Part shown: positions 28,383 through 37,799 of the stretch, piece after piece
Layout of the letters: every line of letters begins with the position of its first letter
Numbering within the stretch: position 1 is the stretch's first letter
NCBI GenBank assembly: GCA_025999335.1
Contig: AP024681.1
Span: 3,414 to 67,413 of the forward strand
Length of the DNA stretch: 64,000 nucleotides
Source of the DNA: Candidatus Parcubacteria bacterium
GTDB taxonomy: Bacteria > Patescibacteriota > Minisyncoccia > UBA6257 > HR35
Reading direction: 5' to 3'
Program-made: the position numbers and the translations under genes
The notes under the pieces: generated by a model
Told to the model about the DNA's origin: nothing
The model's input: the letters and a program-made list of their open reading frames with translations, nothing else
Database searches by the model: none

Positions 28383-30110
28383 ATGATAAACATAATAAAA
28401 TCAAACAAATTTACTTTCTCTTCTCTTTCTTTTGTAATTTTATTAATTATTTTCTTTATTCCCTCAACAAGCAATTCTCAACAATCTCAATATCAAGGTA
28501 AAATAGGTTCTTATCCTATTGTTATTGAAGCTTTTAATCTTTTAGATGATAATCAAACCATAAAAGGAAGATATAGGTATCAGAATAAAGATGTGTGGTT
28601 AATCTTAAAAGGAAAGATTGACTTAAAAAATAATTCTGTGTCTATAGATGAATACGATGAAAATAATGTTAAGACTGGAATATTTACGGGAGAATATGAT
28701 AAGAAATCAAACTCTATAAAACTAACAAGTTGGTCTAATCCTAAGAAAAAAACATCATTAAAAGTATATTTACCTTCTATAAATCTTATAAAAATTAGCA
28801 AACAAGAAAAAATATCAGGAGTAACAAATTTTCTTAAAACTGAAAAAATTTATACTATACCTAATGGTTATAAGTTAGTTGAGATAAAAATTTTAACAAG
28901 TTCAAAAAGATATGCATTATTATTAAAAACTCCAGAAGGAAAATATACAGTTGTCTTAGACGGCAAAGAAAGTAAGAAGTATGATGGTTTATATGGTTTC
29001 ACTTTCTCTCCTGATGGTCAACATTTTGCTTATATTGTCGGAGAAGATTGTATGTATTATAATGAATGCTCAAAATATTTTGTAGTCTTAGATGAAAAAG
29101 AAGGGAAAAAATATGATTATATTGATAAAAATAACCTCACTTTCTCTCCCAATGGTCAACATTTTGCTTATATCGCTAGAAAAGAAGGCAAAAGTTTTGT
29201 AATTTTAGACGGAAAAAGAAAAAAAAGTTATGATGATATTAATAACTTAACTTTCTCTCCTGATGGTCAACATTTTGCTTATATAGCTAGGGAAAAAGGT
29301 AAATATGCTGTGGTTTTAAACGGAAAAGAAAGCGAAAAATATGATATTGCTTATAATCTTATTTTCTCTCCTGATGGTCAACATTTTGCTTATGTCGCTA
29401 GAAAAGAAGGCAAAAGTTTTGTAATTTTAGACGGAAAAAGAAAAAAAAGTTATGATGATATTAATAACTTAACTTTCTCTCCTGATAGTCAACATTTTGC
29501 TTATGTCGCTGGAATCGGCAAAGATTGTGTATATATCCTTAACCTTTATGAATATCAATGTTTAAAATATTTTGTAGTTCTAGATGGTAAAGAAGGTGAA
29601 AAATATGATGGTATTTATAATTTTATCTTTTCCCCCAATGGTCAACATATTGCTTATATAGCTGGAGAAAATTGCAACATATATCTTAGACCTGAATACT
29701 GTTCTAAATATTTTATTGTCTTAGATAACAAAAAAAGCAGCAAAAAATATGAGTATGGTGACATAGATGAATCTAGTCTCAAATTTTCTCCTAACAGTCA
29801 ACATTTCGCTTATATAGCTAGAGAAAAACGTAAATATGCTGTGGTTTTAAACGGAAAAGAAAACGAAAAATATGATAGTGCTTATAATCTTATTTTCTCT
29901 CCTGATAGTCAACATTTTGCTTATATAGCTGGAAAAGATTGTATGTATTATAATGATAATGAATGTTCAAAATATTTTATAGTTTTAGATAACAAAGAAA
30001 GTGAGGAATATGATAAAATATATCAGTTTAATTTTCTTGAAAATAATAAAAACTTAATTTACTTTGTTTTAAAGAATAATGAGATTTGGAGAATTGTTGA
30101 AGAGTTGTGA
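28383..30110 (+). CDS. Secreted PD40-like (TolB C-terminal type) beta-propeller repeat protein, paralog 1
   Basis: Signal peptide; ~13 tandem ~40-aa repeats of the form KYD..Y...FSPDGQHFAYIA..GK..VVLDGKE. Confidence 0.6.
   Translation: MINIIKSNKFTFSSLSFVILLIIFFIPSTSNSQQSQYQGKIGSYPIVIEAFNLLDDNQTIKGRYRYQNKDVWLILKGKIDLKNNSVSIDEYDENNVKTGIFTGEYDKKSNSIKLTSWSNPKKKTSLKVYLPSINLIKISKQEKISGVTNFLKTEKIYTIPNGYKLVEIKILTSSKRYALLLKTPEGKYTVVLDGKESKKYDGLYGFTFSPDGQHFAYIVGEDCMYYNECSKYFVVLDEKEGKKYDYIDKNNLTFSPNGQHFAYIARKEGKSFVILDGKRKKSYDDINNLTFSPDGQHFAYIAREKGKYAVVLNGKESEKYDIAYNLIFSPDGQHFAYVARKEGKSFVILDGKRKKSYDDINNLTFSPDSQHFAYVAGIGKDCVYILNLYEYQCLKYFVVLDGKEGEKYDGIYNFIFSPNGQHIAYIAGENCNIYLRPEYCSKYFIVLDNKKSSKKYEYGDIDESSLKFSPNSQHFAYIAREKRKYAVVLNGKENEKYDSAYNLIFSPDSQHFAYIAGKDCMYYNDNECSKYFIVLDNKESEEYDKIYQFNFLENNKNLIYFVLKNNEIWRIVEEL
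28486..29050. repeat. ~565-bp near-identical direct repeat (copy 1) shared with 30233-30797: 5' modules of the two PD40 paralogs
   Basis: Nucleotide strings identical over long stretches when the two gene starts are compared by eye; the same 73-aa antisense ORFs appear at 28580..28801 and 30337..30558. Confidence 0.8.
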
Positions 30111-30142
30111 TTTTTTTCATATATTTTTTATAATAATAAAAA

Positions 30143-32426
30143 ATGACATCAAGAAATTATACTCTTAGCTTGTTTACTCTCCTTCTTGTTATTATTGTTT
30201 CTATTTTCTTTTCTTTTCCGCAAAATACTTACTCTCAACAATCTCAATATCAAGGTAAAATAGGTTCTTATCCTATTGTTATTGAAGCTTTTAATCTTTT
30301 AGATGATAATCAAACCATAGAAGGAAGATATAGGTATCAGAATAAAGATGTGTGGTTAATCTTAAAAGGAAAGATTGACTTAAAAAATAATTCTGTGTCT
30401 ATAGATGAATACGATGAAAATAATGTTAAGACTGGAATATTTACGGGAGAATATGATAAGAAATCAAACTCTATAAAACTAACAAGTTGGTCTAATCCTA
30501 AGAAAAAAACATCATTAAAAGTATATTTACCTTCTATAAATCTTATAAAAATTAGCAAACAAGAAAAAATATCAGGAGTAACAAATTTTCTTAAAACTGA
30601 AAAAATTTATACTATACCTAATGGTTATAATTTAGTTGAGATAAAAATTTTAACAAGTTCAAAAAGATATGCATTATTATTAAAAACTCCAGAAGGAAAA
30701 TATACAGTTGTCTTAGACGGCAAAGAAAGTAAGAAGTATGATGGTTTATATGGTTTCACTTTCTCTCCTGATGGTCAACATTTTGCTTATATTGTCGGAG
30801 AAAATTGTAAAAAACAATATTCATATGATGAATGCTCAAAATATTTTGTAGTTTTAGATGAAAAAGAAGGGGAAAAATATGATGGTATTTATAATTTTAT
30901 CTTTTCCCCTAACAGTCAACATTTTGCTTATTTAGCTAAAGAAGATTGTAAAAAACAATATTCATATGATGAATGCTCAAAATATTTTGTAGTTTTAGAT
31001 AATAAAGAGGGAGAAAAATATAATTCTATTAGTAACCTCACTTTCTCTCCCAATAGTCAACATTTTATTTATAGCGCCATAAAAGAAGGAAAAAAAATTG
31101 TAATTCTCGATGGTAAAGAAGGAGAAAAATATGATTTTATTATTGACCCTATTTTTTCTCCTAATGGAGAACATCTCGCTTATATAGCCGGAAAAGATGA
31201 AAAATATTTTATTGTACTCGATGGAAAAGAAGGTAAAAAGTATGAATACGTTTCTAACTTTGGTTTCTCTCCTAATAGCCAACATCTTTTTTATATAGTT
31301 GGAGAACATTGTTTTATGAATCGTAAAGATTGCCCAGTTTCTTTTGTGGTCTTAGACAAAAAAGAAGGTAAGAAGTATGATAATATCTATAATATTATTT
31401 TCTCTCCTGATAGTCAACATTTTGCTTATATAGCTAGTAAAAAAGGAAAAGAAACTGTGGTTCTCGATGGGAAAGAAGGCAAAAAGTATGACGAAGTTCA
31501 CTTTTATACTTTCACTTTCTCTTCTAACAATCAAAATTTTGTTTATAGAGCTAAAAAAGAAGAAAAATACATTGTGGTTTTTAATGAAAAAGAAGGCAAG
31601 GAATATGAACAAGTTTATGATTTAATTTTATCTCCAGATTATAAACATTTTGCTTATATAGCCGGAGAAGATTGCAAAGAAACAGATCAATGTTCAAAAT
31701 ATTTCGTAGTGTTAGACGGAAAAGAAGAAAAAAGATATAATTATGTTTATAATTTAATTTTATCTCCAGATTATAAACATTTTGCTTATGCTATCAAGGA
31801 AAAAGAAGGATATTTCGTTATCTTAGATGGGGAAAAAAAGTAATAAGTATGATTATGTCTATAAGCTCACTTTCTCTCCTGATAGTCAACATTTTGCTTA
31901 TATAGCTAAAAAAGAAGGCAAAGATATTGTAGTTTTAGATGGTAAAGAAAGTAAAAAATATGACAATGTTTATGATTTTATATTTTCTCCTGATGGTCAA
32001 CATTTTGCTTATATAGCTAGTAAAGAAGGGAAAAATGTTGTAGTTTTAGATGGGGAAGAAGGAGAGCAATATGATAGTATTTATGATTTTGCATTCTCTC
32101 CTGATAGTAGACGTTTTATTTATAGAGCTCAGAAAGAAGAAAAAGAAATTGTAGTTATAAATAAAAAAGAAGGCAAAAAATATGATTATATTAACGAAGG
32201 TAGCTTCACTTTCTCTCCTGATGGTCAACATTTTGCTTATATAGCTGGAAAAGATTGTATATATTATAATGATAATGAATGTTCAAAATATTTTATAGTT
32301 TTAGATAACAAAGAAAGTGAGGAATATGATAAAATATATCAGTTTAATTTTCTTGAAAATAATAAAATCTTAATTTACTTTGCTTTAAAGAATAATGAGA
32401 TTTGGAGAATTGTTGAAGAGTTGTGA
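30143..32426 (+). pseudogene. Secreted PD40-like beta-propeller repeat protein, paralog 2, split by a frameshift at an A7 tract (31833-31839) into ORFs 30143..31843 and 31827..32426
   Basis: Signal peptide and N-terminal ~220 aa nearly identical to paralog 1; last ~60 aa nearly identical to the paralog 1 C-terminus (DC.YYNDNECSKYFIVLDNKESEEYDKIYQFNFLENNK.LIYF.LKNNEIWRIVEEL); removing one A from the A7 run restores the repeat unit ...VILDGEKKSNKYDYVYKLTFSPD. Confidence 0.55.
30233..30797. repeat. ~565-bp near-identical direct repeat (copy 2)
   Basis: See copy 1; a second shorter repeat pair (~170 bp) joins 29930-30110 with 32250-32430. Confidence 0.8.
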
Positions 32427-32513
32427 TTTTTTTATATATTTTTGTATAATATTATATTAATATTAAAATTTATTATTAGTTTTAAAAATTAATTAATATA
32501 AACATATAAAAAA

Positions 32514-33083
32514 ATGAAAAACACGAAAACAGTTATTGAGACAACTTTAGTACTAATTAAACCTGATGGCGTTATTAGAAAATTAGTTGGTGAAATTATT
32601 AGTAGATTTGAACGAGCTAATTTAGATATTGTCGGATTAGGAATAGTCCAACCTACATATCAATTAATAGATAGGCACTATCCCAAAGATAAAAAATGGA
32701 TAGAAAATTTAGGAAATAATCTTATAAAAACAGCTGAAGAATTAAAATTAAAAATAGATTTACAAAAAGATTACGGTGTTAAAGATATCTATAGCTTAGG
32801 ATTACAAATAAGAAAATGGTTAATTGATTTTATGACTTCTGGACCAATAGTTAAAATCGCCTTAAGAGGTCCGCAGGCAGTAAGCGTTGTTAGAAAATTA
32901 GTTGGCAAAACAGTTCCATTTATGGCTGAACCAGGAACAATCCGCGGTGATTTTTCTATTGACTCACCTATATTAGCTAATTTAGAAAAAAGACCTATTA
33001 AAAATTTAGTTCATGCATCTGGTAATATTGACGAAGCAAAAAAAGAATTAAGATTGTGGTTTAAAAATAAAGAACTTTTATAA
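32514..33083 (+). CDS. ndk: Nucleoside diphosphate kinase (with ~30-aa internal extension)
   Basis: LVLIKPDGV...GEIISRFE, MTSGPIV, EPGTIRGDF, catalytic His in NLVHASGN. Confidence 0.75.
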   Translation: MKNTKTVIETTLVLIKPDGVIRKLVGEIISRFERANLDIVGLGIVQPTYQLIDRHYPKDKKWIENLGNNLIKTAEELKLKIDLQKDYGVKDIYSLGLQIRKWLIDFMTSGPIVKIALRGPQAVSVVRKLVGKTVPFMAEPGTIRGDFSIDSPILANLEKRPIKNLVHASGNIDEAKKELRLWFKNKELL

Positions 33084-33191
33084 AAATTTTTGATATAATA
33101 TAAATAATATTAAAATTAATCAATAAATGTTATAATCTAAATTTGCAAGTCGTTAATAATTTGATGAACCAAAAAAACATAATCAAAAATA

Positions 33192-33398
33192 ATGGTAGTT
33201 CCAACGAAAAAATTATCAAAGAGTAAATATAAGAAAAGAAGATTTCAAAAAGCTAATTTAAAACCACTTGCCTTACAAAAGTGTAGCAATTGTCAAGCTT
33301 TGATTTTAAGTCATCGTATTTGCCCTGATTGTGGTTTTTATAAAGGCAAATTTGTTATCTCCTTAAAGAAAAATAAAAAAAAGACAAAAGAAAATTAA
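33192..33398 (+). CDS. rpmF: 50S ribosomal protein L32
   Basis: MVVPTKKLSKSKYKKRRF N-terminus and C..C...C..C zinc-ribbon-like end, 68 aa. Confidence 0.8.
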   Translation: MVVPTKKLSKSKYKKRRFQKANLKPLALQKCSNCQALILSHRICPDCGFYKGKFVISLKKNKKKTKEN

Positions 33399-33453
33399 TG
33401 CAGACATTAAAGATTAAATAATTCAATAATTCAATTATCTATTTTAAAAATAA

Positions 33454-33897
33454 ATGAGCACTCGACATTTATGTAGAATTATAGTATTACAGTCATTATA
33501 CGAATGGAGTTTTTGGGGACAACCAGCTGAAAAGTGGAAAGAAATATTTTATAAAAATCTAAAAGAATTTGGCAATGATATAGATGAAGTAGATTTTGCT
33601 GAAAAATTAATAAAAGGTGTTGTTGAAAATATTAATTTCTTAGATGAAATTATAAAACGAAACACTAAACACTGGCCCTATGAACAAATACCCTTATTAG
33701 AAAAAAACATTTTAAGAATAGCTATATATGAAATTTATTTTCAAAATCATAACGAAGTTCCTTTAAAAGTAAGCATCAACGAAGCAATTATTTTAGCTAA
33801 AAGTTTTATTAGCGATATATCGGCTAAATTTATTAATGGCGTTTTAGGTTCTGTTTACGAAGAATATGTCAATAGCAAAGAATCTATTAAAAGTTAA
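33454..33897 (+). CDS. nusB: Transcription antitermination factor NusB
   Basis: RHLCRIIVLQSLYEWSF... all-helical ~145 aa; gene order rpmF-nusB-rnc. Confidence 0.7.
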   Translation: MSTRHLCRIIVLQSLYEWSFWGQPAEKWKEIFYKNLKEFGNDIDEVDFAEKLIKGVVENINFLDEIIKRNTKHWPYEQIPLLEKNILRIAIYEIYFQNHNEVPLKVSINEAIILAKSFISDISAKFINGVLGSVYEEYVNSKESIKS

Positions 33898-34564
33898 AAT
33901 AATAGAAAAAAGTTTGGGCATTCAAATTAAAAATGAAAATATATGGCTTGAAGCGATAACTCATAAATCATGGCTCTTTTTTCATCCAAAAATTAAAATT
34001 CCCAATAACGAAAGATTAGAATTTTTAGGCGATGCTTTATTGCAAACAATAACTTCGCTATTTTTATATAATAATTTTACCGACTTAGATGAAGGAGATT
34101 TAACACTTATAAGAAGTAAGTTAGTTAATAGACAACGCCTTGGTGAAATTGCTGAAAAATTAGGAATTGATAAATTTATGTTGGTAAGCAATAACTTAGA
34201 TAAAAAAGGAAAAAAAACAATTCTAGGTAATACTCTTGAAGCCATAATCGGGGCTTTATTTTTAGATCAGGGCTGGGAAGCAACCAAAAAATTTGTTGAA
34301 GAGAAAATTCTTAACAAAGCACAAGAAATTGTTGATAAACACTCTTACAAAGATCCTAAATCATTCTTGCAAGAAATTACCCAAGCAAAATTTGGAAAAT
34401 TACCTATATATCGTCTTAAAGATATTTCTGGACCCGCGCATAAGCGTAAATTTAAAACAGAAGTGTATTTAGATGATCAACTAATAGGCGAGGGAGAAGG
34501 TGATTCAAAACAAGCTTCGGAATTTAAAGCAGCTTTAAATAGTATTAAAAAAATTAAACTATAA
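33866..34564 (+). CDS. rnc: Ribonuclease III
   Basis: Signature ERLEFLGDALLQ, catalytic NTLEAIIGALFLD, C-terminal dsRBD. Confidence 0.9.
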   Translation: MSIAKNLLKVKIIEKSLGIQIKNENIWLEAITHKSWLFFHPKIKIPNNERLEFLGDALLQTITSLFLYNNFTDLDEGDLTLIRSKLVNRQRLGEIAEKLGIDKFMLVSNNLDKKGKKTILGNTLEAIIGALFLDQGWEATKKFVEEKILNKAQEIVDKHSYKDPKSFLQEITQAKFGKLPIYRLKDISGPAHKRKFKTEVYLDDQLIGEGEGDSKQASEFKAALNSIKKIKL

Positions 34565-34567
34565 ATC

Positions 34568-34587
34568 AACAATTTTATTGTTTTTTT
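34568..34587. terminator. weak bidirectional hairpin plus T-run between convergent rnc and cca
   Basis: aacaa-tttta-ttgtt stem-loop followed by ttttttt. Confidence 0.3.
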
Positions 34588-34591
34588 ATTT

Positions 34592-36067
34592 TTATTTTAC
34601 CCAATATTTTTTCTTTAAATTTTCTTCAGCTTGTTCTTCGATTGCTTCTATTTTTTCTTCGCCTTTTTCAGCCAATGATTTTAAAGTAGTATCATCGAGG
34701 TCTTTTAATTCTTTAGCTCGCTGATATAAAAATTCGAAATTATTATTTTGAGGATTATCAATAACTTCTTCTAATAAAATTTTTAAAATCCAACCTATTT
34801 TAGGTCCTTGAGGAATGCCCAAATTCAATAAATCTTGTCCTTTAAGCTTCAAAAGAGTGGGCTTAATAGGTTCTAATTTAACTTTTTCAACAAGAAATTT
34901 TAAATAACGTAAACGATAGGGAACAGCTTTAGGCACGCCAGAACCTATGCGATCAGCTTCTCTTAATTTAAAAAGATCATCTAAATTTTCATCGCCAACT
35001 CTCCGAATAAAACGCCTAACTGCCGCTGGTGTTACTTTATCAATTTCTAAATAAAACATATGATGACGAACTAAGTGGCTAACTTTTTTTATAAGATTTT
35101 TATCATAACGAAATCTTTCCATTAGTTTTTTAGTTATTTTAGCGCCAACAATCTCATGATTATAAAAAGTACACTCAGGACCTTCGCCTTGCTTTGTCAT
35201 TGGCTTGCCGATATCATGAAATAAAGCTGCTAATCTTAAATGCAAGGGCCATTTTTTTTGCACCGCATATTCGCATGATTTTAAATTATGTGTATAAACA
35301 TCGTAAATATGATGTTTGTTTTGACTAACCTTATAACCTTGATATAACTCAGGCAATATTTCTATCAGTAAATTTGTCTCTCGAAGTAATTCTATGCCTT
35401 TAATAGCCTGATTACTCATAATTATCTTATTAAACTCATCGCGAATTCTTTCATAAGCTATATACTGGATAAAATTAGCACATTTACTGATTGCTTCTAA
35501 GGTTTGCTTGTCAATAGTAAAATCTAATTCACAACTAAAACGAATAGCTCTAATAAGACGCAAAGCATCTTCTCTAAATCTCTCTTCTGGATCGCCAACT
35601 GTTTTAATAATTTTAGATTGTAAGTCCTGTAAACCATTAAAATGATCAATTAATTCTAAGTCATTATTCAAAGCTAAAGCATTAATAGTAAAATCGCGTC
35701 TCTTTAAATCGTCTTTCAAGGTGGAAACAAATTTAACAATATCAGGCCTTCTAAAATCAGAATATTTTTCTTCCATTCTAAAAGTAGTAACCTCAATTAC
35801 TTTTAACGAATCATCCTCACTATCAGTTTTAATGCCAACAGTTCCAAATCTATTTTCATAAAAAGCCTGCTCGGGAAAAATTCTTAAAATATCTTGAGGC
35901 AAAGCATTAGTAGTAATATCCCAATCCTTAGGTATTTTATTTAAAAGAAGATCTCTCACGCAACCACCAACAAGATAAGCTTCATAACCATTATCTATTA
36001 TTTTTTTGAGTATTGATAAAACGATAGAGGGGATTTTATTTTTATTAACTCTTAATATTTTAGACAT
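34592..36067 (-). CDS. cca: CCA-adding tRNA nucleotidyltransferase with C-terminal HD domain
   Basis: Pol-beta head GGCVRDLLL...DWDI, HD motif LFHDIGKP. Confidence 0.85.
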   Translation of the reverse strand: MSKILRVNKNKIPSIVLSILKKIIDNGYEAYLVGGCVRDLLLNKIPKDWDITTNALPQDILRIFPEQAFYENRFGTVGIKTDSEDDSLKVIEVTTFRMEEKYSDFRRPDIVKFVSTLKDDLKRRDFTINALALNNDLELIDHFNGLQDLQSKIIKTVGDPEERFREDALRLIRAIRFSCELDFTIDKQTLEAISKCANFIQYIAYERIRDEFNKIIMSNQAIKGIELLRETNLLIEILPELYQGYKVSQNKHHIYDVYTHNLKSCEYAVQKKWPLHLRLAALFHDIGKPMTKQGEGPECTFYNHEIVGAKITKKLMERFRYDKNLIKKVSHLVRHHMFYLEIDKVTPAAVRRFIRRVGDENLDDLFKLREADRIGSGVPKAVPYRLRYLKFLVEKVKLEPIKPTLLKLKGQDLLNLGIPQGPKIGWILKILLEEVIDNPQNNNFEFLYQRAKELKDLDDTTLKSLAEKGEEKIEAIEEQAEENLKKKYWVK

Positions 36068-36078
36068 TATATTTAAGG

Positions 36079-36149
36079 AGCGGGATACGGGAATTGAACC
36101 CGCATCTTCGCCTTGGGAAGGCGATGTATTACCGTTATACTAATCCCGC
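36079..36149 (-). tRNA. tRNA-Gly (anticodon CCC)
   Basis: Reverse complement folds: acceptor GCGGGAT/ATCCCGC, D-stem GTAT/ATAC, anticodon loop TTCCCAA, T-arm GCGGG-TTCAATT-CCCGT, discriminator U. Confidence 0.8.
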
Positions 36150-36330
36150 TTTGTTAATTTTCTTACTAACTAAACAAAATATATTATATCATACCATAAA
36201 TTAATCTATAAAATTTTTAAAAAGTAATTAAAATAAAACAAAATTAATTGATAATTTAAATAACTTTATTTTAGATAATCTAATTTATATAGTTTATATA
36301 GTATAATTAAAATAATTATAGTAAAAAAAT

Positions 36331-37491
36331 ATGCCCACACCACGCTCTCTTTATCCATTTGAATTTCCAAAGCAAAAAAGGGATAAATTGATTGAAGAAT
36401 TAAAAGAATATCGCGGCTTAAAAACAAAATTAACTTTTTCATTTCCTTTAAATAGAACAAGAAAAGAAATCTTAAAAATGATTGCTGAAGGAAAAATAAA
36501 AGAGGAAATTATAATTAAACTTTTACAAAGTTCAGATTTTATAGAAAAAAAGATCGGATTATTTTTATTAAAACAACCCCATTCTTTTTCTAATAAAGGT
36601 TACCCAAAAATAATTTCAATTTTAGAAAAAATGAAAGACGATGAAGATATGTATGTTAGAGCAGCGGTTGCCGAAGCCCTTGGTAATTTAGGCAAAAAAG
36701 GTTTGTCAATCTTAAAAAAAATGAAAAATGACGAAGAGTGGTATGTCCGGATTGCAGTTTCTAAGGCTCTAGGTAATTTCAAGAAAAAAAAATTACCGTT
36801 TTTAGAAAGAATAATACAAGATAAAGATTTAGATATCCCTGCAGAGCTTGGCGAAATGTTTAATGATTTAATTAAAAAATTTTTATTAATTTTTAAAAAA
36901 GAAAAAGGATACAAATGGCTTTTAGCTTCTCAAAAACCCCTATTTGCTACTGTTTTTACAAGAGAACTAGCAGAAAGAATTTTAAAGATCCAAAAAATAG
37001 TTGAAAAATTAAAGAAAGAATTTAAAGATGAATTTATTGGTATTATTGTATTTGGAAGTACTCATAAAGGCTATTTTATGCCAGGAAGTGATTTGGATTG
37101 GGCAATTATTACTCAAAATCCAAAATGTGCTGAAGAATTTAAAAAAATATCTAAAAGTGAAAATCTTGATTTATGCTATGAACATAAAATTATTGTTAAC
37201 AAAGAATATCAATTAGATAATTTTTCTATTTTTTTAGCTGTAGTTTTATTTCAAGGTCTTTTTTGGGGCGATTATGAAAAACTTAAAAAAATCCAAAGTA
37301 ATTTTTTAAAAAACATTGATGAGAAAAAGTGGGATAAGATTAGAAGAAGAATTATGGAGAACGAAACAAAACTATCAAAAGCAGCAGAAAGACTTAATTT
37401 AAAAAAAGATGAAATAGAAAGAATAGAATTAGCTAGCTCTATTTTACGAGTTCCGCCTTCTTATAAAGAAGCTTTAGAATTGTTTAAATAA
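36331..37491 (+). CDS. HEAT-repeat protein fused to a minimal nucleotidyltransferase (pol-beta-like) domain
   Basis: Two PBS-lyase-type HEAT repeats (MYVRAAVAEALGNLGKKG / WYVRIAVSKALGNF) followed by an NTase motif GIIVFGSTHKGYFMPGSDLDWAII. Confidence 0.45.
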   Translation: MPTPRSLYPFEFPKQKRDKLIEELKEYRGLKTKLTFSFPLNRTRKEILKMIAEGKIKEEIIIKLLQSSDFIEKKIGLFLLKQPHSFSNKGYPKIISILEKMKDDEDMYVRAAVAEALGNLGKKGLSILKKMKNDEEWYVRIAVSKALGNFKKKKLPFLERIIQDKDLDIPAELGEMFNDLIKKFLLIFKKEKGYKWLLASQKPLFATVFTRELAERILKIQKIVEKLKKEFKDEFIGIIVFGSTHKGYFMPGSDLDWAIITQNPKCAEEFKKISKSENLDLCYEHKIIVNKEYQLDNFSIFLAVVLFQGLFWGDYEKLKKIQSNFLKNIDEKKWDKIRRRIMENETKLSKAAERLNLKKDEIERIELASSILRVPPSYKEALELFK

Positions 37492-37573
37492 TTTATTTAT
37501 TTTTAATAAATGGTTTAGCAAAGAAATAAACATAAACACTTGGTATATTAAATGGTATATTAAAATATAGTTT

Positions 37574-37608
37574 TTAAGTTCGCAAAAGAATTATTTTGCG
37601 AACTTAAA
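37574..37608. terminator. near-perfect 35-nt palindrome ttaagttcgcaaaagaat|tattttgcgaacttaa (likely terminator/operator)
   Basis: 17/18 positions self-complementary; sits 80 nt after the preceding + strand gene and ~190 nt before murC; contains the GTTCGC/GCGAAC motif. Confidence 0.4.
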
Positions 37609-37799
37609 ATAAATTAATTTATAAATTTAATCAACTAATCTTAATAACAAAATTTATGGCTTTAATTTTTTCAATTTAATTTTATTCATCGTCGCCCTTC
37701 TCTCTGTTTAAACAATTATTTCGTTTATATTATTTATGTATAACTTTTAAGAAAATATTTATTTTATTTTGATAAAATATTATTAAAACTAAAATAACA

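Noticed and set aside
28580-28801. Identical 73-aa minus-strand ORFs at 28580..28801 and 30337..30558, plus 30995..31309, 31352..31612 and 32046..32231
   Set aside because: Antisense to the repetitive, Lys/Glu-rich PD40 repeat genes; the two-copy identity is a by-product of the 565-bp duplication; low-complexity Phe/Ile-rich translations
28383-32426. CRISPR array interpretation of the periodic repeats
   Set aside because: Periodicity (~120 nt) lies inside continuous ORFs with conserved amino-acid repeats; no short palindromic direct repeats with unique spacers; no cas genes
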